From positions 3,648,001 through 3,712,000 of the forward strand of contig OZ242180.1 in NCBI GenBank assembly GCA_965205485.1: 64,000 bases of DNA, given 5' to 3'. Position numbers and translations under genes: made by a program. Below, in pieces: positions 1 through 8,217 of this stretch. Below the pieces are notes generated by a model. That model was not told the origin of the DNA. It did no database searches and worked only from the letters and a program-made list of their open reading frames with translations. Within the stretch, counting starts at the first letter, position 1. Each line of letters starts with the position of its first letter. The DNA is from Candidatus Latescibacterota bacterium. GTDB lineage: Bacteria > Latescibacterota > UBA2968 > GCA-2709665.

Positions 1-2
1 CC

Positions 3-473
3 ATCGAACCCTATCCTGGAGGCGCGCCGGGTTACGCCAATCTGGGATGTACGCCGGAGACGCTCCGGGCCGTATTCGAAGTCGTGCCGTCCCCCCATCT
101 TGGGATCTGCTACGATCCGTCGCATTTCATCCGGATCGGTGTGGACTATCAGCGTCTGCTGATGGAATTCGGAGACCGCGTCCGTCACGTACACGCCAAA
201 GATACGGAATTGCTGTCAGACGGTCTCTATCTGTACGGCAGCCTCGGACAGAGCTTCGGCAAGCGGTATGGACACGGGGAAGGCTGGTGGCGGTACTGCA
301 TTCCCGGTTGGGGCGACGCCGACTGGATCTGGATTGTGGCGCGACTCGAAGAGTTCGGCTACGACGGGCCGCTTGCAATCGAGCTGGAAGACGACCGCTA
401 TATGGGAAGCACGGCCCTGAATCAGGAGGGGCTGCTTGCGGCCAAGGCGTATCTGGAGGACATCATTCGCTAG
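3..473 (+). CDS. Sugar phosphate isomerase/epimerase (xylose isomerase-like TIM barrel), 5'-truncated by window edge
   Basis: Open frame from base 3; motifs GICYDPSH, HVHAKD, PGWGDADW, GPLAIELED. Confidence 0.85.
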   Translation: MEPYPGGAPGYANLGCTPETLRAVFEVVPSPHLGICYDPSHFIRIGVDYQRLLMEFGDRVRHVHAKDTELLSDGLYLYGSLGQSFGKRYGHGEGWWRYCIPGWGDADWIWIVARLEEFGYDGPLAIELEDDRYMGSTALNQEGLLAAKAYLEDIIR

Positions 474-574
474 CAGTCCGTTGAGAAAGTCGCTCTGCAG
501 GCGAGGCCGAGCAACGCAGTATTTCGACCGCAAGGGCCGGCCGTAGCCCGGATGGGCAATTTCAGCGGGCTGTT
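472..574. mobile_element. MITE-like element
   Basis: Imperfect terminal inverted repeats agcagtccgttgaga / tttcagcgggctgtt (11/15); left end overlaps upstream TAG; internal ggcgaggccgagcaacgc motif resembles the element at 38127. Confidence 0.45.
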
Positions 575-622
575 GTGTACGACTCGAATTCCCAATAAGA
601 CAGCCGGGTCCGGAGGCGCGCG

Positions 623-1024
623 ATGAGAAGGTTCAAACCGTTTACGTTTGTCGTGTCACTGCTTTTCATGTCCTGCGGAGAAGACAATCCGCTGAATTAC
701 GATACGCTGGCAGGCACCTATACGCTCCGCGAAATACAACTGGCGGGCGGCGCGGCGACGCAGACACTGCGTCCGCCCGAAGCAATCGGCACGCTCGTGC
801 TGACGACTACGGGCGACTTTTCCCTGAGCCTGAGCATCCCTTCGCTTGGGCACGAAGATCGCTATTCCGACGGAACGTACGCCATTGAAGGATCGAGCAT
901 TCTGTTCCAGGAAGCAGCGACGCTGGGCCTTGTCGGTACCAACGCCACGATCGACGGGAATGAGCTGACGTTGACTTCGTCGCTTGCCGGGTCCCAGGTT
1001 ACCATGGTTTTCGTGAAGGTCTGA
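623..1024 (+). CDS. Putative lipoprotein, lipocalin-like beta fold
   Basis: Signal peptide ending FMSC; LAGTY and GTYAIEG..GNELTL beta-strand pattern; SD ggagg. Confidence 0.65.
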   Translation: MRRFKPFTFVVSLLFMSCGEDNPLNYDTLAGTYTLREIQLAGGAATQTLRPPEAIGTLVLTTTGDFSLSLSIPSLGHEDRYSDGTYAIEGSSILFQEAATLGLVGTNATIDGNELTLTSSLAGSQVTMVFVKV

Positions 1025-1092
1025 CCCTCGTTGCAGTGGGTCGCCATCCGGGAGCATGAGCCGGAGCAATAACTCGCAGAGGAGCGATGTAA

Positions 1093-2262
1093 ATGGTAAG
1101 GGTGGCAGACGCCGTCGTGATCGGCGGGGGAATCATGGGTGCCAGCGCGGCCCATTTTCTCGCAAAAAAGGGTCTGAGTAATGTCGTGCTCCTGGAAAAA
1201 CGGTCGCTGGCCGCCGTGAGCACGGGTCATTCGGCCGCCGTGATCCGCACCTTCTACTCGAACGACCTGACCATCCGGTTGTCCATGAAGGCGCTGGAGA
1301 TGTTCGCGAACGGACAGGAGGCGCTGGGGGGTGACTGCGGCTTTCGCAATACGGGTTATATCTGTCTTCTGGGTGAGCATACCGCCGCTGCGGGCCTGGC
1401 GGTGCTGGAGGCCGAGCAGCGGAATCACACCCGGGCCGTGGAAGTGGAAACGGATGAGATCGCGGAACTCGTACCGGGCGTGAACACGGACGGGATTATC
1501 TCAGGCATTTACGAACCCGCGTCCGGGTACGCGGACCCCGTCAGGACGGTCAGGAATCTGGTGAAGCGAGCCGCGGACTGGGGGCTGACGTGCTATGAGG
1601 GGGTGGGGGCAACGCGAATTCGGCTTTCCGGCGATCGCGCAACGGGGGTGGAGACGGATGCCGGCGAAATCCGGACAAACCTGGTGGTCAACGCGGCAGG
1701 TCCCTGGGGACGGCATATGGGATTGTCAGCGGGCCTGAATTATTCTCTGCGATGGAGCCGGGAGAGCGATCTGGTTCTGCGATTGCCGGAGGGATACGGG
1801 CGGTTTCCCGTGGTTTCCGATCCCAATCTCAGGGTCTATTTTCGTCCCGACGGCGAAAACGGGCTGCTTGCCGGATTGAGCTTCCCAAAAGAGGTGGAGC
1901 CGATGGACGTGGACGCGTACGATCCGGTTCTGGATGAGCCCACGCGACGGCGCATCGAGTCTGGGACCTTCGAACGGGTGCCGGCGTTCCGGCAGGGCGA
2001 ATACGTGAAGGGCTGGGCTTCGGTCTATACCATTACGGACGACTGGCATCCCCTGGTCGGAGCCGAGCCGGGGCTGGAGGGCTACTATGCCTTCTTTGGC
2101 GGGAGCGGGCACGGGTTCAAGCTGGGTCCGCCGATCGCCGATTCGCTGACCGACACGATCCTCGGCCGGACGCCCGAGTTCGATCTTCACCCGTTCCGTC
2201 CCAGCCGGTTCCAGGAGGGCGATCAGTTCGCGTCCGCTTGGGGAGGAGGAAACCGGGGGTGA
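1093..2262 (+). CDS. FAD-dependent oxidoreductase (DAO/sarcosine oxidase beta family)
   Basis: VIGGGIMG Rossmann motif, VNAAGPW, GGSGHGFKLGP. Confidence 0.9.
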   Translation: MVRVADAVVIGGGIMGASAAHFLAKKGLSNVVLLEKRSLAAVSTGHSAAVIRTFYSNDLTIRLSMKALEMFANGQEALGGDCGFRNTGYICLLGEHTAAAGLAVLEAEQRNHTRAVEVETDEIAELVPGVNTDGIISGIYEPASGYADPVRTVRNLVKRAADWGLTCYEGVGATRIRLSGDRATGVETDAGEIRTNLVVNAAGPWGRHMGLSAGLNYSLRWSRESDLVLRLPEGYGRFPVVSDPNLRVYFRPDGENGLLAGLSFPKEVEPMDVDAYDPVLDEPTRRRIESGTFERVPAFRQGEYVKGWASVYTITDDWHPLVGAEPGLEGYYAFFGGSGHGFKLGPPIADSLTDTILGRTPEFDLHPFRPSRFQEGDQFASAWGGGNRG

Positions 2263-2274
2263 GAGGAACGGAGA

Positions 2275-2330
2275 ATGCGCACGTTGAGTATCTGGTCGTC
2301 GTCGAAAGATCCGGACTGCGCGCAAACTGA
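2275..2330 (+). pseudogene. HicB-like N-terminal relic
   Basis: With one base restored after ATG it reads MAHVEYLVVVERSG, matching HicB at 16202 (MAQTEYLVIVENYG); SD ggaga. Confidence 0.45.
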
Positions 2331-2336
2331 GCCGCT

Positions 2337-2356
2337 CCCTGAGCTTGTCGAAGGGT
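2337..2356. repeat. REP-like unit ccctgagcttgtcgaagggt, exact copy at 6217-6236
   Basis: 20-bp identity; palindromic ends ccct...aggg. Confidence 0.75.
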
Positions 2357-2392
2357 CGGCGACACAAGGACGTCTACAGCAGGGAGGGCACG

Positions 2393-2710
2393 ATGAACTT
2401 CGACAGAGCCGCGAGCAAAGGCAGGCAAGCAGCAGACGATAGGTCTGTATTCTTGTGGGGTCTCTTCGGTTTTCTGACTTGGCTGCCCGCTGTTTTCGTT
2501 GCCCACCTCATCGAGCCGCGTGTCCCACTCATTTTTCTTCAAAGATCACGGGAAGCAGAAGATGGAGTGGAGTTCGAACGCGCCTACTGTGACCGCATGA
2601 AGACCAAGCAGGTACGCGCTGCATGGTTAGGTTTGGCCGCCAGCATATTGGTGGTTATGTTCATCTATCTCTTCATCCTTGCAGTTGCCCTTACCGCCGG
2701 GGTTAGGTGA
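2393..2710 (+). CDS. Hypothetical membrane protein
   Basis: SD gggagg; two hydrophobic segments. Confidence 0.65.
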   Translation: MNFDRAASKGRQAADDRSVFLWGLFGFLTWLPAVFVAHLIEPRVPLIFLQRSREAEDGVEFERAYCDRMKTKQVRAAWLGLAASILVVMFIYLFILAVALTAGVR

Positions 2711-2877
2711 CGAAGAGACATCCTGTGTCACACCAAGGGAAAGATGCTGCGGCAAACCCATTCGTCATCACGGCGGGTGCCCTTCGGGTAATCCGCCTTT
2801 CTCTTGTTTGAGAAGGGACCACCCAGGCCAGATGCTGCCATGAAATGTCCAATCTCAGATCGAGGAGAAGCGCGACA

Positions 2878-5319
2878 GTGAGCAACGCCAACCTGAACTG
2901 GATCGCGAACTATATCTGGGGAATCGCCGACGACGTACTGCGCGACCTGTACGTGCGAGGCAAGTACCGCGACGTGATCCTGCCGATGACCGTGCTGCGC
3001 AGACTCGACGCGGTACTGGAGGACAGCAAGCAGGCGGTCCTGGACATGCAGGCAAATCTCGATAAAATCGGTCTGGTCGACCAGGAGGAGCCGCTAAAGC
3101 AGGCAGCGGGACAGGACTTCTACAATACCTCCAGGTTCACCCTGCGCGACCTGCGCGCCCGCGCGAACCGCCAGCAACTCGAGGCCGACTTCAGGGCCTG
3201 GCTGGACGGGTTCTCCCTGAACGTCCAGGATATCCTCGAGAACTTCGAGTTCCGAAACCAGGTCTCCCGGCTTTCCAGGGCCGACGCGTTGGGGACGCTG
3301 ATCGAAAAGCTGACGTCACCTGATATCAACCTGAGCCCGGCCCCGGTGCACAACGGCGATGGTTCGGTCAGGCACTCCGGCCTCGACAACCACGGCATGG
3401 GGACGATCTTCGAGGAGCTGATCCGGCGCTTCAACGAGGAGAACAACGAGGAGGCGGGCGAACACTGGACCCCGCGCGATGCGGTGACGTTGATGGCGAA
3501 GCTGGTCTTCCTGCCCGTCGCTGATGAGATTACGTCCAGCACCTACCTGATCTACGACGGCGCGTGCGGTACAGGCGGCATGTTGACCGTGGCCGAAGAG
3601 GTCCTTCAGCAACTCGCCGCCGAGCGCGACAAGCAGGTCTCCACCCACCTGTACGGACAGGAAATCAATGCTGAGACCTACGCCATCTGCAAGGCCGACC
3701 TTCTGCTGAAGGGTGAAGGAGATGCGGCGGACAACATCGTCGGCGGCCCGGAGCATTCCACCCTGGCCAACGACGCCTTCCCGTCCCGAGAGTTCGACTT
3801 CATGCTCTCCAATCCGCCTTACGGGAAGAGCTGGAAGACTGACCTGGAACGCATGGGCGGAAAGAAGGAAATGCGGGACCCGCGGTTCGTGATCGAACAC
3901 GCGGACGATCCCGAGTATTCGCTCGTTACCCGGTCCAGCGACGGGCAGATGCTCTTTCTCGCCAACAAGTTGTCCAAGATGAAGGAGGGCGGCAGCCGCA
4001 TCGCTGAGGTGCACAACGGCAGTTCTTTGTTCACGGGTGACGCCGGGCAGGGCGAGAGCAACATCCGCCGCTGGATCATCGAGAACGACTGGCTGGAGGC
4101 GATCGTCGCACTGCCTCTCAACATGTTTTACAACACCGGCATCGCGACCTACGTGTGGGTGATCACCAACCGAAAACCGGAACATCGCCGGGGCAAGGTG
4201 CAGTTGATTGATGCCACCGAGTGGTACCGGCCGCTCCGCAAGAATCTGGGCAAGAAGAACTGTGAACTCGGCGAGGAGGACATCCGGCGCATCTGCGACA
4301 CATTCCTGGCCTTCGAGGAAACCGAACAGAGCAAGATCTTCGACAACGCCGCCTTCGGCTACTGGAAGGTGACGGTCGAGCGGCCGCTTCGGCTCGATGG
4401 GATCGACCCCAACCGCGCCTACAAGGCCTCTGAAATCAAGAAGTTAAAGGAGAGCAGTGAACGAAGCGAAACCGCGCCGCCCGTCATCAAGAGGGTCCAC
4501 AAGAGAGGCACGGAAGCTGACCCGCTGCGCGGCCGGTTCCAGGCTACTGTCGACGGCAGGCCCGTCGTGGTCGAGTACGAACCGGACACCGACCTGCGCG
4601 ACACCGAGCAGATTCCGCTGCAGGAAGAAGGCGGCATCGAAGCGTTCCTGGGGCGGGAAGTCCTTCCCTACGCCGCTGACGCCTGGTATCAAGCGGACAG
4701 CGTAAAAGTCGGCTACGAAATCAGCTTCACTCGATACTTCTACAAGCCCCAGCCCATGCGAACTTTGGAGGAAATCGGGGCGGATATTCTGGCGCTGGAG
4801 AAAGAGACTGAGGGGTTGCTGGGCGATCTTCCGATGGTGCGCGAACCGCCGGCTGTGTACGGCAAGCCGCGCATCTACGTGGATACCTCGGTGATCGGCG
4901 GGTGCCATGATGATGAGGTCCGTGAGGCGTCCATGGAGTTGTTCGAAAAGTTCAAGCTCGGAGATGCTATCCTCGTTTATTCCGATGTCATTCTCAGGGA
5001 ACTGGCGGCGGCGCCGGAAAGCGTGCGCCAGATGATCGATCAGATTCCCGCTGCAAACAAAGAGATGCACTTTCTCACGGATGAGGCAGAACGTCTTGCG
5101 GAAGCTTACATTGATTCCGGGGCTTTAGGCCTTGCGAACCGCGCTGACGCGGAGCATATCGCCCTTGCAACCCTGGCCGAGGCCGACGTTCTGGCAAGCT
5201 GGAATTTCAGGCACATGGTGAACTGGCGACGTAACCGGTTGTATAACTCAGTCAACCGGCAAATGGGGTACGCGGAGTTGAACGTCCTATCCCCGGAGGC
5301 AATCAGCTATGACAAATGA
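2878..5319 (+). CDS. hsdM: Type I RM methyltransferase HsdM with C-terminal PIN-domain fusion (alternative start 2845)
   Basis: N-terminal IWGIADDVLRD, motif I YDGACGTGGML, motif IV NPPY, HsdM tail GYEISFTRYFY..LEKETEGLL, then PIN (RIYVDTSV..RELA..ADAEHIALA..SWNFRHMVN) from ~4870. Confidence 0.95.
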   Translation: MSNANLNWIANYIWGIADDVLRDLYVRGKYRDVILPMTVLRRLDAVLEDSKQAVLDMQANLDKIGLVDQEEPLKQAAGQDFYNTSRFTLRDLRARANRQQLEADFRAWLDGFSLNVQDILENFEFRNQVSRLSRADALGTLIEKLTSPDINLSPAPVHNGDGSVRHSGLDNHGMGTIFEELIRRFNEENNEEAGEHWTPRDAVTLMAKLVFLPVADEITSSTYLIYDGACGTGGMLTVAEEVLQQLAAERDKQVSTHLYGQEINAETYAICKADLLLKGEGDAADNIVGGPEHSTLANDAFPSREFDFMLSNPPYGKSWKTDLERMGGKKEMRDPRFVIEHADDPEYSLVTRSSDGQMLFLANKLSKMKEGGSRIAEVHNGSSLFTGDAGQGESNIRRWIIENDWLEAIVALPLNMFYNTGIATYVWVITNRKPEHRRGKVQLIDATEWYRPLRKNLGKKNCELGEEDIRRICDTFLAFEETEQSKIFDNAAFGYWKVTVERPLRLDGIDPNRAYKASEIKKLKESSERSETAPPVIKRVHKRGTEADPLRGRFQATVDGRPVVVEYEPDTDLRDTEQIPLQEEGGIEAFLGREVLPYAADAWYQADSVKVGYEISFTRYFYKPQPMRTLEEIGADILALEKETEGLLGDLPMVREPPAVYGKPRIYVDTSVIGGCHDDEVREASMELFEKFKLGDAILVYSDVILRELAAAPESVRQMIDQIPAANKEMHFLTDEAERLAEAYIDSGALGLANRADAEHIALATLAEADVLASWNFRHMVNWRRNRLYNSVNRQMGYAELNVLSPEAISYDK

Positions 5320-5515
5320 TACCGCAACCGAGAGATTCGATTGCATCCGTTTTGTGCGTGAGGTCCGTGCGAGGATTGCCGAAGAAACGGCCGGCATGAG
5401 CAATAAAGAGCGAATCCAGTACTTTCGCTCGTATCACTATGAAGACCCTGTTCTGGAACGACTGGCCGTGCCTTTGCGCGAATTGGACGAAGACGAAAGA
5501 GGGTGAACCCTGATC
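5306..5515 (+). repeat. ~210-bp direct repeat, copy A (copy B 6764-6973)
   Basis: About 90% identical from gctatgac to gtgaacc(c)Ygatc. Confidence 0.95.
5309..5506 (+). CDS. Small FDC-family protein, putative antitoxin of the PIN domain (copy 1)
   Basis: Overlaps hsdM-PIN stop by 11 nt; RFDCIRFVREVRARIAEETAGMS motif shared with three neighbours. Confidence 0.75.
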   Translation: MTNDTATERFDCIRFVREVRARIAEETAGMSNKERIQYFRSYHYEDPVLERLAVPLRELDEDERG

Positions 5516-5674
5516 AATGTCCTGAGGAGCAGCCGGCACCGCGTGACCGTACCGAGGGTTCGGGACTTGCGAGTTGAAACGCTTGACGGAATCATTGCCG
5601 ACGTCGTGAAGTTTCGTGGTCTGTCCAAACCGAAGTACGAGAAACTCTCTTTGGTTGACTCCAAGATCCCCAGC

Positions 5675-5707
5675 CTGAAGCCTTTTCCCGCAAAAAAGGA
5701 TTCCGGC
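5675..5707 (+). pseudogene. hsdS N-terminal repeat relic
   Basis: LKPFPAKKDSG versus QPYPAYKDSG in the HsdS of this locus. Confidence 0.5.
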
Positions 5708-5709
5708 GC

Positions 5710-5793
5710 TTCAGGGCATACAACGAGGTCAATCGTCAAAACGGATACCCCGCTATTGACATTCGCACGCCGGAGGAGATCCTCCATGGCTGA
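5710..5793 (+). pseudogene. Orphan PIN-toxin C-terminal relic
   Basis: FRAYNEVNRQNGYPAIDIRTPEEILHG* aligns with HsdM-PIN end RLYNSVNRQMGYAELNVLSPEAISYDK*; overlaps next ATG. Confidence 0.8.
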
Positions 5794-6001
5794 TGACACC
5801 CATAAAATAAAGAAATTCGACTGTGTCGAATTCATGCGCCAGGCCCGCGCCCGCATTACCGCCGAAACCGCCGATATGACTGCTGACGAACGGATAGAGT
5901 GGTTCAATTCGAAGCGGTATTCCGACCCCGTGCTGGAAGCAATGGCCGCGCGAATACGCAAATCGAATGAGGACAGGGCAACAGACAATCCTGACGGCTG
6001 A
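5786..6001 (+). CDS. Small FDC-family putative antitoxin (copy 2)
   Basis: MADDTHKIKKFDCVEFMRQARARITAETADMTADERIEWF..YSDPVLE; SD gaggag. Confidence 0.75.
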   Translation: MADDTHKIKKFDCVEFMRQARARITAETADMTADERIEWFNSKRYSDPVLEAMAARIRKSNEDRATDNPDG

Positions 6002-6062
6002 ATCGAAGGCAAACTGAAGCGCATTGGCCGGCGATGCTCTGCATATCGCTACCGCGACGCTT

Positions 6063-6380
6063 CATCCTGAGGAGGCCAGCCCGCTCAGCATGACCTGTTT
6101 TACGATTGCCAGGCACGTGGCTTCCCGCTGTCATCCAGAGGACTTGCCCTGAGCGTGCGGTCCATGAGCCTTTGTCCTGAGCCTGCCGAAGGATAGTCAA
6201 AATGTCGAAGGCGCTGCCCTGAGCTTGTCGAAGGGTGCCGACCCCAGGCCGACGAAGGATCTACTGCAGCATCGCATCATCCTCGAGGGTTTTCAGGTGT
6301 CGATACCTGAGAGGCAGCACGTCCGCCTGCCGCGCGGGTCGGAAGAGGCGAAAATTGCTTCGACTCTGCTCAGAATGACA
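6063..6380. repeat. Cluster of REP-like CTGAG/GTCGAAGG palindromic repeats
   Basis: catcctgag..ctcagcatg hairpin; tgtcatccagag (6129) pairs with ctcagaatgaca (6369-6380); several cctgagc..cgaagg units. Confidence 0.7.
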
Positions 6381-6405
6381 TGCGTTGCGACAAACACCGG
6401 CCGAG

Positions 6406-6479
6406 GGCAACCTGGTTTCCGTTATCCGACCTTATCCCTGAGTATCCCACGTTTCCTGGACAGCAGTAATGAAGAATAA
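6406..6479 (+). pseudogene. Second, more degenerate PIN-toxin C-terminal relic
   Basis: NL..(G/R)YPTLSLSIP..NEE*, with the same 11-nt overlap onto the next FDC gene as hsdM-PIN and copy 1. Confidence 0.5.
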
Positions 6480-6702
6480 GAGCAACGCAAAGGCTTTCGA
6501 CTGCGTAAAGTGGACGCGCGAGGTCCGGGAGAGGATCAACGCGGAACTGGCGGGAATGTCCCCGGAAGAGCGGCGTCGGCGGCTCAACGCGGCTGTCCGT
6601 AAGGATCCCTACTTCGCTCGCATTCCGAAGTCCCGGGTTGTGCGACCCTGGCAGGACGATGGGGCAAGCGACGGCGGACGATCCGGCGCCGAGGGCCATT
6701 AA
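6469..6702 (+). CDS. Small FDC-family putative antitoxin (copy 3)
   Basis: KAFDCVKWTREVRERINAELAGMSPEERRR..KDPYF. Confidence 0.75.
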   Translation: MKNKSNAKAFDCVKWTREVRERINAELAGMSPEERRRRLNAAVRKDPYFARIPKSRVVRPWQDDGASDGGRSGAEGH

Positions 6703-6766
6703 TGATGTAGACCGGGAAGGGAACGAAGGCTTGCAGCAGCGTATGGACCAAGCGTGAGATTCCGCT

Positions 6767-6964
6767 ATGACCGATGAAGCCGCTGGCAAGAGATTCGATT
6801 GCATCCGCTTTGTGCGTGACGTCCGTGCGACGATTGCCGAGGAAACAGCCGGCATGAGCAATAAAGAGCGAATCCAGTACTTTCGCTCGTATCGCTATGA
6901 AGACCCTGTTCTGGAACGACTGGCGGCGCCTTTGCGCGAATTGGACAAAGACAAACGAGGGTGA
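6767..6964 (+). CDS. Small FDC-family putative antitoxin (copy 4, near-identical to copy 1)
   Basis: RFDCIRFVRDVRATIAEETAGMSNKERIQYFRSY. Confidence 0.75.
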   Translation: MTDEAAGKRFDCIRFVRDVRATIAEETAGMSNKERIQYFRSYRYEDPVLERLAAPLRELDKDKRG

Positions 6965-7010
6965 ACCCCGATCTTTGCCCGGTCGAGTAGCCGGCGAGAA
7001 ACAGGGTTTG

Positions 7011-7161
7011 CACATTGGTTCGTACAAATCCGCCGCAACCAGACGCGTCAACGCCAGATTGGATTCGGCAATACATCGTGGATCACCCGGCCGGATGGTC
7101 TGAAGACCCGGAGAATCCTGACGCTAAGAATGGCCAAGACACCTGGAGGATATACAGATGA
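7011..7161 (+). pseudogene. Internally deleted relic of a REP-associated tyrosine transposase (RAYT/IS200-like)
   Basis: IGSYKSAATRRVNAR, then in another frame IRQYIVDHPAGWSEDPENP; both are typical C-terminal blocks of this family. Confidence 0.65.
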
Positions 7162-7370
7162 GACGGAGCGGGATCATCTTCGAGGTAACTGAAGCGATTG
7201 AAGGCGGATACGACGCCAGAGCGCTCGGCCACAGCATCTTCACGCAGGGAGAAGACTGGAACGACCTGAAGGCGATGGTGCGAAATGCGGTGCGCTGTCA
7301 TTTTGACGACGAGAACATGCCACGAGTGATCAGGCTGCATCTCGTCAGAGTCGAGGCCATCGCGGTATGA
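7158..7370 (+). CDS. HicB-like antitoxin
   Basis: IIFEVTEAIEGGYDARALGHSIFTQGEDWNDLKAMVRNAVRCHF; SD ggagg. Confidence 0.8.
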   Translation: MRRSGIIFEVTEAIEGGYDARALGHSIFTQGEDWNDLKAMVRNAVRCHFDDENMPRVIRLHLVRVEAIAV

Positions 7371-7411
7371 AACTGCCCCGAGACGGGCGCCGAATTCGGG
7401 AGGAAATGGAA

Positions 7412-7735
7412 ATGACAGCGGAAACCCTGAATCAACATATTGAGATCACACCGGGCATTTCAGGCGGCAAACCGCGCATTGCCGGTCGTCGAATTGCCGT
7501 GGAGAATATCGTCATCTGGCACGAGCGCCTGGGCAAGAGCGCTGACGAAATCGCCAGTGATTACGATATTACTCTTGCGGATGTGTACGCAGCACTGGCT
7601 TACTATTTCGATCATCAGAATGAGATTGACCAATCTCTTGAGGAGAGTCGTGCATTTGTAGAATCCTTACGTCAGAAGTTCTCTTCGAAGATTTCCCAGA
7701 AGATTCAAGACCCGACCCAACATGGCAACGATTAA
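7412..7735 (+). CDS. DUF433 antitoxin (in frame with an upstream MKLPRD HicA-like stub from 7367)
   Basis: IEITPGISGGKPRIAGRRIAV..LADVYAALAYYFDH; SD gggagg. Confidence 0.9.
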   Translation: MTAETLNQHIEITPGISGGKPRIAGRRIAVENIVIWHERLGKSADEIASDYDITLADVYAALAYYFDHQNEIDQSLEESRAFVESLRQKFSSKISQKIQDPTQHGND

Positions 7736-8051
7736 GTTTTTGACCGATGAGAATGTTTCCAGAGCAGTTGTAATGGGGCTGCGACGTAGAGGTGTGGACG
7801 TACTGACTGTTGCCGAAGCGGGTAGTCGTGGAGCGTCTGACGAAGTAATTCTCGGAATTGCCGGGGAAACAGAACGCGTCATCTTCACGCAGGATGATGA
7901 CTTTCTTCGTCTTGCAGTAATTGTACATGACCACAGAGGAATTGTCTACACGTCTCAAGAAAATACGGTTGGTGAGATAATTCGTGGCTTGATGTTGATC
8001 CATCAGGTTCTGGAAGCGGAAGAGATGGTTGGGCATGTTGAATACCTGTAG
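7722..8051 (+). CDS. DUF5615 PIN-like toxin
   Basis: FLTDENV, SDEVIL, IFTQDDDFL. Confidence 0.9.
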   Translation: MATIKFLTDENVSRAVVMGLRRRGVDVLTVAEAGSRGASDEVILGIAGETERVIFTQDDDFLRLAVIVHDHRGIVYTSQENTVGEIIRGLMLIHQVLEAEEMVGHVEYL

Positions 8052-8124
8052 AACCCATCGAAATCTTGGCCAATTCAGACCTGTTTGTCGCCCACCGCAC
8101 GATTGCCTTGTACCTTGCGTTGGG

Positions 8125-8184
8125 CGCTGACGCTTGATTTCGGACGACCAGCGTCGAGCTCAACCACGAAATCAGCTTCACCCG
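8125..8184 (+). pseudogene. Degenerate copy of hsdM C-terminal segment (4674-4733)
   Basis: 44/60 nt ungapped identity, including exact acgaaatcagcttcac; TGG changed to TGA. Confidence 0.75.
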
Positions 8185-8217
8185 GTTTAGTATAGCCCCC
8201 TCTTTGTAGGTGCCGGA

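Noticed and set aside
5543..6001. 152-aa ORF as a single protein
   Set aside because: Its 5' half is a mosaic of hsdS and PIN relics; the likely gene starts at ATG 5786 with an SD
5306..6973. CRISPR-like or integron attC array in the small-gene cluster
   Set aside because: The repeats are coding paralogs and REP-like hairpins; there is no regular repeat-spacer period, no recognisable attC structure and no integrase
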